From positions 27,979 to 91,978 of the forward strand of contig CAXGSM010000001.1 in the NCBI GenBank assembly GCA_964012435.1: DNA of 64,000 bases, in the 5' to 3' direction. The notes under the pieces are model-generated. The model did not search any database, was not told where the DNA came from, and saw nothing but the letters and a program-made list of their open reading frames with translations. The stretch is from an uncultured bacterium (GTDB lineage Bacteria; UBP7; UBA6624). Of this stretch, positions 9,269-18,800 are shown piece after piece. A program made the position numbers and the translations under genes. Numbering within the stretch: the first letter of the stretch is position 1; every line of letters begins with the position of its first letter.

Positions 9269-10991
9269 ACATCAATATGATGTAATTGTGATAGGTGCTG
9301 GTGGCGCTGGATTATCCGCTGTTGCTGCAATACCTAAAGGTCTAAAGGTCGCAGTTCTTTCAAAGCTTTTTCCATTTAGAAGTCATACAGGTGCAGCTCA
9401 AGGTGGAATCTCTGCAGCTTTAGGCAATTTGGAAGAAGATAATCCACTTTGGCATGCTTATGACACTGTGAAAGGAAGCGACTATCTTGGTGACCAAGAT
9501 GCGATTATACAAATGTGCAATGATGCTCCCGATGCTATTTTTGATCTAGAAAGAAAAGGTTTGCCTTTTTCCAGGCTTAAAAATGGAAAAATTTCTCAAA
9601 GACCTTTTGGTGGTCATACTAAGAATTGGGGAGAAGCACCTGTAAGAAGAGCTTGTCATTCTGCTGATAGGACTGGACATATGATTTTGCATACCCTTTA
9701 CCAGCAAGCCTTAAGAAGGGAGACGAATTTTTTTGATGAGTTTCAGGTGGTTGAAATAATAACGAAAGATGATTCATGCTGCGGAGTTGTTGCGGTAAAG
9801 CTTTCTACTGGAGAAAGACATGTGTTTCATAGTAAGTCAGTTATTCTTGCTACAGGCGGTTATGGAAGGTGTTTTAAAGTTACAAGCAATGCACTTTCTC
9901 TAACAGGCGACGGCATGGCTATATGCTACCAAAAAGGAATACCTCTCCAGGACATGGAGTTTATTCAATTTCACCCTACGGGATTACACCCTTTAGGGAT
10001 ATTGATAACAGAAGGAGCAAGGGGAGAAGGCGGGATTCTTGTAAACTCTAGAGGCGAAAGATTCATGGAAAGGTACGCCCCTTCGATTAAGGATTTGGCT
10101 CCTAGGGATATTGTAAGTAGGTCTATTTATGAAGAAATAAAAGCCGGACGAGGTATAGACGCAAAAGATTTTGTTCATTTAGATTTAACCCATTTAGGCA
10201 GAAAGCTTTTAGATGAAAAATTGCCTGATGTTACAGGTTTTGCAAGAACTTATTTAAATATTGAGCCTGCCGATGAACCGATTCCAGTTAAACCTACAAC
10301 ACACTATGCAATGGGTGGAATACCGACTGATGTTGATGGAAGGGTAATTATTAATCCAGATGGAAGTGTTATGCACGGTTTATATGCTTCTGGAGAATGT
10401 GCCTGTGTTTCTGTTCATGGTGCAAATAGATTGGGCACAAATTCACTTTTGGATTTAGTTGTATTTGGAAAAAGAGCAGGACAACATGCATCTATTTATT
10501 CAGAATCAAGCAAATTTTCTGAATTGCCGAGTGATGCTGGTTACGATTCTGAGTCCTTTTTACAGCAGGTAAGATCAAATACTAGAGGTCCTAAAGTTTA
10601 TGAAATAAGAGAAAAAATGCAGGAAATTATGATGGATTATTGTTCTGTGTTCAGAAATGAAGAAGGAATGAAAAAATGTGCTTCTTTGCTTTCTGAGCTC
10701 AGAGAAGATTTTCAAAAGGTTACAATTTCGGATAAATCTAATTTTTATAATTATGAAATGATGGCTGCTTTTGAATTATCCTGTATGCTTGACGTTAGTG
10801 AGGCAACATTGCATGGAGCAATGCTTAGAAAGGAGAGTAGAGGAGCTCACAGCAGGGAAGATTATCCTGATAGGAATGATCAAGATTGGCTTAAGCATAC
10901 TTTATGCTATCAAGAAAAAGGAAATAATCCGATATTTAAATTCAAGAATGTTAATCTTGGTAAATTTGAGGTCAAGGCAAGGGTTTATTGA
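9261..10991 (+). CDS. sdhA: Succinate dehydrogenase flavoprotein subunit
   Basis: I take the start at ATG 9261 (MNKHQYDVIVIGAGGAGL), in frame with track ORF 9162..10991. It has the RSHTGAAQGG FAD-histidine motif and HPTG, and ends ...RESRGAHSREDYP. Confidence 0.95.
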   Translation: MNKHQYDVIVIGAGGAGLSAVAAIPKGLKVAVLSKLFPFRSHTGAAQGGISAALGNLEEDNPLWHAYDTVKGSDYLGDQDAIIQMCNDAPDAIFDLERKGLPFSRLKNGKISQRPFGGHTKNWGEAPVRRACHSADRTGHMILHTLYQQALRRETNFFDEFQVVEIITKDDSCCGVVAVKLSTGERHVFHSKSVILATGGYGRCFKVTSNALSLTGDGMAICYQKGIPLQDMEFIQFHPTGLHPLGILITEGARGEGGILVNSRGERFMERYAPSIKDLAPRDIVSRSIYEEIKAGRGIDAKDFVHLDLTHLGRKLLDEKLPDVTGFARTYLNIEPADEPIPVKPTTHYAMGGIPTDVDGRVIINPDGSVMHGLYASGECACVSVHGANRLGTNSLLDLVVFGKRAGQHASIYSESSKFSELPSDAGYDSESFLQQVRSNTRGPKVYEIREKMQEIMMDYCSVFRNEEGMKKCASLLSELREDFQKVTISDKSNFYNYEMMAAFELSCMLDVSEATLHGAMLRKESRGAHSREDYPDRNDQDWLKHTLCYQEKGNNPIFKFKNVNLGKFEVKARVY

Positions 10992-10992
10992 G

Positions 10993-11751
10993 ATGTTAAG
11001 GGTTTTTAGAATACAGAGATTTAATCCTGAAAGAGAGCCAAGCCAATGGATAGATGAATACACATTGGAAGTTAGCGAGGATGATAAAATTTTGGATATC
11101 CTTTTGAAAATAAGAGATGAAGTTGATACCACATTGGGTTTTCGAGCCTCTTGCGCTCATGGTGTTTGTGGAAGCGATGGGATGATGATTGATGGTTTAA
11201 ATCGTTTAGCCTGCCAGACCTTTGTTGGTGATATCCCCGGTAGAAAGCCTATAAATATAGCACCTTTAAAAGGTGTTCCTGTGGAAAAAGATTTAATTGT
11301 GGAGATGGATTCCCTTTTGGATAAGGTTAAATCTGTAAATCCTTGGGTTGTTGCCAAAGAGCATGAGCCGGGAGAAAGGGAACTTTTAATGTCTCAAGAA
11401 GATTTTGAAAAAATAGAAGACATGACTAAATGTATCTGGTGCTCCTGCTGTACTACTTCCTGCCCTTCGTTATGGTCTGATTCTGATTACCTAGGTCCTC
11501 AAGCTTTAGTTATGGCTGCTAGGTTTATTTTAGACACAAGAAATGAAGAAGCTGAGAAGATAATAGAGAAGGTCGGAGGTCTAGATGGTGTTTTTAGATG
11601 TCACACAATTGGTAATTGCACAGATGCATGTCCTAGAGATATTGATGTGACAGGAGCTATAGCTGCTGTTAAGAAGGTTCTTCTTCAAGGAATTGATAAT
11701 GAGGATAAATTTAGCAATATAGTTTGGGAGAAAAGTGATGAAAAAGAATAA
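10993..11751 (+). CDS. sdhB: Succinate dehydrogenase iron-sulfur subunit
   Basis: I take the start at ATG 10993 (MLRVFRIQRFNPE), in frame with the track ORF. It has three Cys clusters: CAHGVCGSDG, CIWCSCCTTSCP and CHTIGNCTDACP. Confidence 0.9.
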   Translation: MLRVFRIQRFNPEREPSQWIDEYTLEVSEDDKILDILLKIRDEVDTTLGFRASCAHGVCGSDGMMIDGLNRLACQTFVGDIPGRKPINIAPLKGVPVEKDLIVEMDSLLDKVKSVNPWVVAKEHEPGERELLMSQEDFEKIEDMTKCIWCSCCTTSCPSLWSDSDYLGPQALVMAARFILDTRNEEAEKIIEKVGGLDGVFRCHTIGNCTDACPRDIDVTGAIAAVKKVLLQGIDNEDKFSNIVWEKSDEKE

Positions 11752-12853
11752 TAAAGGTAATTTTTTGTTTTTGTTTCTTTGTGTAGTGGGATATCTTATT
11801 GTTGCTGCACCAGCTCAAAAAAGTTATACAAAATCAACAATGATCGAAAAAGACTTGCTTCCTTTGAATTTAGTTTTAGATGTTGATGATCTTGAAAAAA
11901 CATGGGATTGGAATTTAGAGATTAGTTTTGGCCCAGTTGAAGAGCAACAAGACTTAAATGTTGATATGAATTTTTGGGCTAAACTTAGAACAAAAATGTC
12001 AAAGGACCAAGATGATTTTCAGGTTGTAATTCATCTTGAGGATTCTGATTTGAATATGACTTTTGAGGACAATCAAACCACAGAACCTGTAGACGCTCTT
12101 GCTTTAGCAAGGATGTTTGGCTATCCGATAGATTCAACTTTAAGTATGATTCAGGGGTATCTGGGAACAATGCTTATCGACAACAAGGGTGCTATTCTTA
12201 CATTTGATATAGCTGAAGATAATCAAGAATTTTCACAAGAAGATCTTTATTGGCCAGATTACAGAGAGCAGATAGAGAAAAGCAGGTATGACATGTTGGG
12301 ATCTGGCGTAGGCAATGTTGTTCCATGGATTTTTGGTTATATACCTTTAGGTTCGATAGATTCAGGCTACAAGAAAGAATGGAGTAGTAAGAATATTATT
12401 GATGTCATGGATTTTTATTACAACGAAGATTATGCTTCTGAAAACAAGCCAACAGAGGGTGAATACTCAGAAATGAAAAATTTTCTTGAAGCACTTATGC
12501 CTGAAGCCAAAGTTTCACAAGAGCTTATAGGTGTAAAAAATGGAAATCTTGTTTTTGAGATAAAAGCAGACAGTTATATTTCTTTAGAGGATTCATGCTT
12601 AGCCATGGAAACTTTAATGGAAATTGAAGAGGGGTTGGCAGCTGAGTTCGGTAATGATTGCTCTCTTTTTGATATGTCAATTTCAATGAGTGGTGAGGGT
12701 GAAATGGTTATAGATTCAAAAACAGGCATGCTTGTTTCAAGGTCCATGAATCTTGGTTTTTATCTTCAGGGCTATCTTCCTGCTGAAATGTCACCTGCTG
12801 GAGTCGAGATGAAACTAGACTTCCCTCTTGTCATTTCGGAAGAGTTAAATTGA
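11735..12853 (+). CDS. Hypothetical exported acidic protein
   Basis: It has an N-terminal signal-like helix (MMKKNNKGNFLFLFLCVVGYLIVAAPA). I recognise no motif. It overlaps sdhB by 17 nt and the next ABC ATPase gene by 4 nt. Confidence 0.5.
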   Translation: MMKKNNKGNFLFLFLCVVGYLIVAAPAQKSYTKSTMIEKDLLPLNLVLDVDDLEKTWDWNLEISFGPVEEQQDLNVDMNFWAKLRTKMSKDQDDFQVVIHLEDSDLNMTFEDNQTTEPVDALALARMFGYPIDSTLSMIQGYLGTMLIDNKGAILTFDIAEDNQEFSQEDLYWPDYREQIEKSRYDMLGSGVGNVVPWIFGYIPLGSIDSGYKKEWSSKNIIDVMDFYYNEDYASENKPTEGEYSEMKNFLEALMPEAKVSQELIGVKNGNLVFEIKADSYISLEDSCLAMETLMEIEEGLAAEFGNDCSLFDMSISMSGEGEMVIDSKTGMLVSRSMNLGFYLQGYLPAEMSPAGVEMKLDFPLVISEELN

Positions 12854-13743
12854 CAAATAAGACATATCCTATATCTGTTAAAAATGCCTTAAGGCACTTT
12901 GGAAAAATAAAAGCATTAGATGATTTCTCATTAACCGTAAAGCAAGGTGAATTTGTTGGCTTGATTGGCCCTAATGGTGCAGGAAAAAGTACATTGATTG
13001 GATCCTTGCTTGGTTTGGTTGGCTTGCAAGGCGGGGAATCAAAGCTGTTTGGTTTTGGTCCTGGAGGTGTTCAGGGCAAGGCCAAAGTAGGGTATCTTCC
13101 AGAGTTTTTCTTTTGTCCAGATTATTTGACACCTAATTCTTATTTGAAAGAGATAGGGGTCTTGCATGGGATGAACCCAAAACAAACACTCTCTGCCTCA
13201 AAAGGTTTGACTTCCTTGCTTGGTTTAAATTCTCATATGGATAGACTCGCAGGAAAGCTTTCTAAAGGGCTTTTAAGAAGAGTAGGGATTGTAAGAAGTT
13301 TGTTCCATAATCCTGATTTAATTATTTTTGATGAGCCAGCTTGGGGTCTCGATCCTTTTGGCAGAAAAGCTCTTAATGAAATTTTGCTTGATTTAAAAAA
13401 ACATAAAAAAACACTTTTATTATGCAGTCATAATATGGAAATGGTTGAAACCATTTGTGACAGGTTTGTTTTTATCGAGAACGGAAAACTTAAAGGGGAG
13501 GGGAGTAATGAGGATTTGTCTATAGAGGATGAGGTCAAGATAGTTTATGAAAATAAAGATGAGGTTATTTCAGGTAGCAAGCAGTTAGATGGTTGCTGGA
13601 TTGCTCTTGTTGATAAAAAGGATAGAGAGTTAGAGATTCAGAATCTAATCAAATCAGGCTCAAAGATAATAGAGGTTTCTGAAAACAAGACTGATTTGAT
13701 TGACTGGGTTGTTTCTAAGAGTGATAGAAAAGATGAAGTTTAA
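12850..13743 (+). CDS. ABC transporter ATP-binding protein
   Basis: It has Walker A GPNGAGKST, a signature-like LSKGLLRR and Walker B IIFDEP. Confidence 0.85.
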   Translation: MTNKTYPISVKNALRHFGKIKALDDFSLTVKQGEFVGLIGPNGAGKSTLIGSLLGLVGLQGGESKLFGFGPGGVQGKAKVGYLPEFFFCPDYLTPNSYLKEIGVLHGMNPKQTLSASKGLTSLLGLNSHMDRLAGKLSKGLLRRVGIVRSLFHNPDLIIFDEPAWGLDPFGRKALNEILLDLKKHKKTLLLCSHNMEMVETICDRFVFIENGKLKGEGSNEDLSIEDEVKIVYENKDEVISGSKQLDGCWIALVDKKDRELEIQNLIKSGSKIIEVSENKTDLIDWVVSKSDRKDEV

Positions 13744-14575
13744 AAACGTATTCACTATTGGAAAAATGACCTTTCAGTCTGTTGTAGGCAACAGCAAGGC
13801 TCTCAGGATGGTTTTTATAGGCGCTCTTTTGTTTGGCCTTTCAACTTATCTTTTATCCCAGAATCAAGATGCAACAGTTGTTACATTTACATGGACTGGT
13901 ATAGGTTTTCTTTTTCTCGTTATCTCTTATCAGGCAGCAGATTTGTTAAGGGAGGATTTGAGAAAAAAAACACTTACTCCAATCATTACATCCCCAATAA
14001 GCAGGCTTGAATATAGTTTGGGAAGGTTTTTTGGGCTTTTTGTTCCAGGCTGGGCAGTCCTCTCAGGTTTGTATTGGCTTTTGTTTGAATATGGTGTTGT
14101 AAGAACTGAAGGTTATGAAATCATCAAGAATGTTGCTTTTTTAACTCGTCAGCTTCCTGAGTTTGAAATACCCATTGGCCTTCCTGCTGCAAAAGAGCTA
14201 GCGACTGTTTTCTGGACTTTGCTTTCGTCTTTTATGTTTGTCGTTATGTCAGCTCTTTATTTCCTTTCTGCAAAGTTTAATCAAAAGGCTGCTATTGCAT
14301 TGGCTTTTTGCTGTTGGCCGCTTATAAGCTGGTTCTGGAGACTTCCTATCAAGGTTGAGAATGAAGTTTTTACAGAATTGGTCACTCTTGGGGGATTGAA
14401 GGGTGGATGGCCTGCCTTGCCTACGATAGGTTTATGGTTTCCAATCATTGTTTCCGGCAAGGATGCAATAAAGATTGCTGAAATTTATGCAATACAGTCT
14501 ATCGTCTGGTCTGCCCTGTTTATATTTTTAGGTTACAGAATGTTTAAGAACATTGACCTTTCAAGACCTCAGTAA
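13733..14575 (+). CDS. Polytopic membrane protein, probable ABC-2 type permease partner
   Basis: I take the start at ATG 13733 (MKFKNVF), in frame with track ORF 13700. It has about six hydrophobic helices and directly follows the ABC ATPase. Confidence 0.5.
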   Translation: MKFKNVFTIGKMTFQSVVGNSKALRMVFIGALLFGLSTYLLSQNQDATVVTFTWTGIGFLFLVISYQAADLLREDLRKKTLTPIITSPISRLEYSLGRFFGLFVPGWAVLSGLYWLLFEYGVVRTEGYEIIKNVAFLTRQLPEFEIPIGLPAAKELATVFWTLLSSFMFVVMSALYFLSAKFNQKAAIALAFCCWPLISWFWRLPIKVENEVFTELVTLGGLKGGWPALPTIGLWFPIIVSGKDAIKIAEIYAIQSIVWSALFIFLGYRMFKNIDLSRPQ

Positions 14576-14583
14576 TAAATTAT

Positions 14584-15705
14584 TCACTTTACAAAATTAT
14601 TCCAATTTTTCATATATGAGATGAATGTTTTGTTTAATTTCGCTTTTTTCAATTCATGAATGCTGAATGGAGGTTTTTTGGGTGAGTATTTTAGATCAGA
14701 GACATTGTGTGCCCAATTTGGATGGCCTATTGCTACTCTGCCGACACCAACTAAGTCAGCACCTTGTTTCAACAATTTATGAGCATCGAGGCTTGACCAA
14801 ACATTACCGGTGCTTATGATTGTTGGTAAACTTTCATAGCTGTCTGTGATTATTTCAGTTAATGTCCTTTGGCTGTTTGCGATTGAATTTGATTTGGAAA
14901 AAACATCCCAACATGATAAGTGAATGAAGTCAATTGGTAATTTTCTCAAAATGCCAATAAGATTTATTGAATCATTCAATTCAATCCCCAAGCTTTCTAT
15001 TTCAGGCGAAATACGAATGCCAACAATAAATGATTCTGGAACATTTTCCCTTATAGATTTGAATATCTCAATAAGCAATTTAGATCTTTTCTCTAAACTT
15101 CCTCCCCAGCCATCCTTTCTTAAATTTGTTTTTTTTCCTAAGAATTGAGAGATTAGGTATCCATGTGCACCGTGTAGTTCAATTCCATCAAAACCTGCTT
15201 GATGACACCTGATTGCACTGGCTGTGAAATCATTGATTATTTTTTCGATATCCTTCTCCGAAGCTTTCTTTGATTTGCCTGTGAATGATTCTGCGCAATT
15301 CAATTCACTTGCAGACACAGGAATAAAACCTGTTATTTTTTGAGGGGATTTTGTTCCTCCATGAAACAATTGAGCAATAATGAGACTTTTGGTTTGATGT
15401 ATGGCTGAAGTTAATTTTATTAAGTTTGGTATATGGGAATCATCATAAACACCAAATTCTCCATCCCATGCCTTTCCCTCTATTGAAACATTAGTTGCCG
15501 CTGTTGTTATGATGCCAAAACCACCTTTTGCCCTTTCAGAAAGCCAATTTATTTCATCATCAGAAATAACCCCATCATCATGACTCTGTTTGTTTGTCAT
15601 AGCAGCCAGAACAGTACGATTCTGTATTTTCTTGCTTGCTTTCAGAAAGGTGTAGGGTTGTGATATTTTTGGTTTAGGCATCTTTAGAGGCATTTTTGGC
15701 TGCAA
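14584..15705 (-). CDS. NADH:flavin oxidoreductase, Old Yellow Enzyme family
   Basis: It has AAMTN near the N-terminus, HGAHGYLISQFL and a C-terminal GVGR pattern typical of OYE TIM barrels. The start is ambiguous among M1, M5 and M9. Confidence 0.8.
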   Translation of the reverse strand: MQPKMPLKMPKPKISQPYTFLKASKKIQNRTVLAAMTNKQSHDDGVISDDEINWLSERAKGGFGIITTAATNVSIEGKAWDGEFGVYDDSHIPNLIKLTSAIHQTKSLIIAQLFHGGTKSPQKITGFIPVSASELNCAESFTGKSKKASEKDIEKIINDFTASAIRCHQAGFDGIELHGAHGYLISQFLGKKTNLRKDGWGGSLEKRSKLLIEIFKSIRENVPESFIVGIRISPEIESLGIELNDSINLIGILRKLPIDFIHLSCWDVFSKSNSIANSQRTLTEIITDSYESLPTIISTGNVWSSLDAHKLLKQGADLVGVGRVAIGHPNWAHNVSDLKYSPKKPPFSIHELKKAKLNKTFISYMKNWNNFVK

Positions 15706-15856
15706 GACCCAAATACAAATAACTTATACCAAGTCCAAAAAACAACGCACCTAAAACATTCCCTGTAGTAAATCCTATCCCTAGACCGATTAGGACGCCG
15801 CCTGTGATTATTCGGTTGTCTTCAGCCATTAGGCATTCTTGCTTTTCTTTTTTCAT
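15674..15856 (-). CDS. Small glycine-rich membrane protein
   Basis: The 60-aa ORF has two Gly-rich helices (GGVLIGLGIGFTTGNVLGALFFGLGISYLYLGL). It lies between the tricorn-like gene and the OYE gene on the same strand. Confidence 0.4.
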   Translation of the reverse strand: MKKEKQECLMAEDNRIITGGVLIGLGIGFTTGNVLGALFFGLGISYLYLGLAAKNASKDA

Positions 15857-15881
15857 AAGGATCGATTCTAATAGGCTTGCT

Positions 15882-18800
15882 TCACCTTAAATCCTTAAGT
15901 AGCGATTTGATTGCCGCATCAAGCTGTGGGTCATTTCCATTGATTTCATCCTCTGGCGTGATTTCAACAATAATGTCTGGTATCGCAGGTCCATTCTCTT
16001 GGTTTGCCCCAAGCTTCTCTCCGTCAGCAACAAACCATCCCCTGAACGGATACCTCATTGAAGACCCGTCTATAAGGCCTTTTGAACCTGTTGATATCAC
16101 TGCTCCTCTAGTTGGAACACCAACCAGCTTACCTCTTTTTAATGTTTTAACTGCATGTGAAAATATTTCAGCGTTACTGTATGAATTTTGATTGCATAAA
16201 ACTATTATTGGCTTTGTCCAAGAATACATCGACAACCTGTTTTGGGGATATCCGAATTCTCCATCTTTCGCTCCTCTAGGAATGGTGTATGCGTGTCTTT
16301 CAACCATTAATATTTGGAGAAGCATGTCTGTTGTCCATCCCCCACCATTATCTCTAACATCAATAACTAAAGCTTCTTTATCGTGTCCAACTGAATAAAG
16401 TTCAGCTTCAAATCTTTCAAGACTTGGCTGACTCATCCCTTGAATATGGACATATCCAAGTTTTCCTCCTGAATCGTTTTCTGTTTTCTCTCTGTTTGTT
16501 TTGACCCATGACTCATAGAGTGCTGTTCTTATGGAATAGGAAGAGCCTGGTTTTATCTCTACCGTGTTCTCTTCAGTTTCACCAAGGATTTCTATTTCTA
16601 TCTGTGATGAAAAATCAAATCCGAGTGATTCACGATTTGAATTAACTGCCTGAAGCGTTAATGTGTGTTTCCCAGGATCAAGGTTTAATATCGTTGTTTC
16701 AACTTCTTTTCCGAAATGCATATGATTGCCATCGCGAGGAACAACATCTCCTTTCTTGATTTCATCACCATCAATAATCAAGGCAAGATAAACCTCTAAA
16801 GGATCTATTCCATGATCAAATATTATTTTTTCTTTTGCTTTATGCTGATGATGGTTATGTTCATCATCCATTTGATGTCCCTCATGGTTGCTGTGGTCAT
16901 TATGTCCCTCATGGTTGCTGTGGTCATTATGTCCCTCATGGTTGCTGTGGTCATTATGTCCCTCATGGTTGCTGTGGTCATGACCATCCTTCATGGGGTC
17001 TGCAGGAACATTTAGTGGAAGGTCCATTACAGTGCTGAAAGAAAGCTCAAAAGCTCCTTTTATTTTTGATTTATTTTTTGGGTAGGTAAAAAACACCTTA
17101 GAAAGATTTGTCCCTTCTTCAACAACTTCAATGTTGATTGTTTTATAAAGATTGTCGTCGATTATTTCATGTAATCCGTCTGCTAATTGCAACGTTAAGG
17201 TATGTTTTCCTGGTTCAAGTTCAATATATCCATATTTTTCACCCATCATGTAATGTATGTGTGTTTCATCAGCAGGTATAACATCTCCTTTCTTGGAGGG
17301 TTCACCATTAATAATCAGATGAAAATGACCCTTTTTGCTTGTTTGCAAGCCTGCCATTTCTATTTCAAAACCAGAAACTCCAAAACCAACAAATAGAGGA
17401 GAGGAAACTTTATCTCCGTCCTTGATGTTTGAAAACCATACTTCATTTTCAATTTTTTGATCTTCTACCTTTCTTTCAAATGTTACTGGGATTTCTTTTG
17501 AGGATGTATCAATAAGCAAGTTGTGTATGTTTTGATTGCTGATATCAATTTTGTTAATCTTTTTCAGGATATCGCCAGGCTTTATGTCGAGAGTATATTT
17601 ATCTGCAGGGCTATTTTCAATTATTGATTTAACAACTAGTCCTTCTTTTTTGCTTTCCCAGTCAAAAAGAATACCCATTGCACCACTGTATTCTTTGCTT
17701 TCATTGATTGAAGGGATTCTTCCGTAATATCCCAAATGACTACCATTAAGCTCACCAAGCATTGAGTCAATTATGAAATCAAAATCTCTTGGATGTGATG
17801 CGCTAACAGCCCATGGAAGATACCTGTCATGGACGTCATTCCAATCAGAACCATGAAGATTAGGGTCATAAAACCCTCTATACATTGTCGCCCATGCTTC
17901 TTCAAAAACAACCTGTCTCTGTTTCACTCTGTCCAATTTGTATCTAATACTGAATTTTTTATTTTGGGTAGATTTTTTTGTAGGAGATGTTGAGTAGATA
18001 GTTCCTCCTGATTTTGAGTAATATATTGATTTTTGATCTTCACTCCATCTTATCCCATAAGGATAGTGGCCTTCTGTTACTTTTACAGGTGACCCAAAGG
18101 TTCCGTATTCCGTCATTGATGATGAGTAAAGATCGCTTCCATCATGACTGCCTTTAAAGATCAGTCTTGAACCATCCTTGTTTAAAAGGACTTCTGTTTC
18201 ACTTCCATCGAAACTTGTTGCTCTTTTTAACCTGAATTCAATACCTTCTAGATCAATATCAACCCAAGATTCTTTTTCCTTTTTTGAATCTTTTGCTTCC
18301 TCTTCCCACAAATCTTTTCTCTCCTTGTAGGTTAACTCCTGATCATTCTCTCTTAAAAATACATACCATATATCAGAATAGGTGCTGCTTCCTCTGGGAG
18401 TAGAGCTTGTTCTTGTGCTTGAAAATGCTAACATTCGACCATTTTCACTCCATGTTGGATACATATCCATATCTGGATGAGATGATATATTTTTTGGAGA
18501 AATTGATCCATCTGTTTTTGCGATCCAAACATCGGCATTATGCTCTATATCTTCTACGCTCCATGCTATCCATTGAGAATCAGGGCTCCATGATATCGAT
18601 GGCCAATCCCATCCGGTTCTTAATGTTATTTCATTAGAAATAATTTCATTTTCTTCTTCTGGGTTGGTTTCAAAATCTGCAACAACAAGTTCCCCATAGT
18701 CTCTTATAAACGCAATCTTTGCTCCATTTGGTGAAATTTGTGGACGATGGTTTGGTTTATTTCCTTTTGTTATAGGGTAAGTTTTCCAATCTTCAACTTC

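Noticed and set aside
16875-16982. Possible CRISPR-like or minisatellite array
   Set aside because: The four 27-nt units are contiguous with no spacers, lie in frame in a long ORF, and have no cas genes nearby. This is a coding tandem repeat, not a CRISPR array.
16812-17038. Two plus-strand ORFs (16812..17015 and 16835..17038) with striking internal peptide repeats (MSLMVAVVI and HGCCGHYVP units)
   Set aside because: They are the antisense frames of the 27-nt His-rich repeat inside the tricorn-like gene. The repetition is inherited from the coding repeat on the other strand, and the host ORF is long with clear domain homology.
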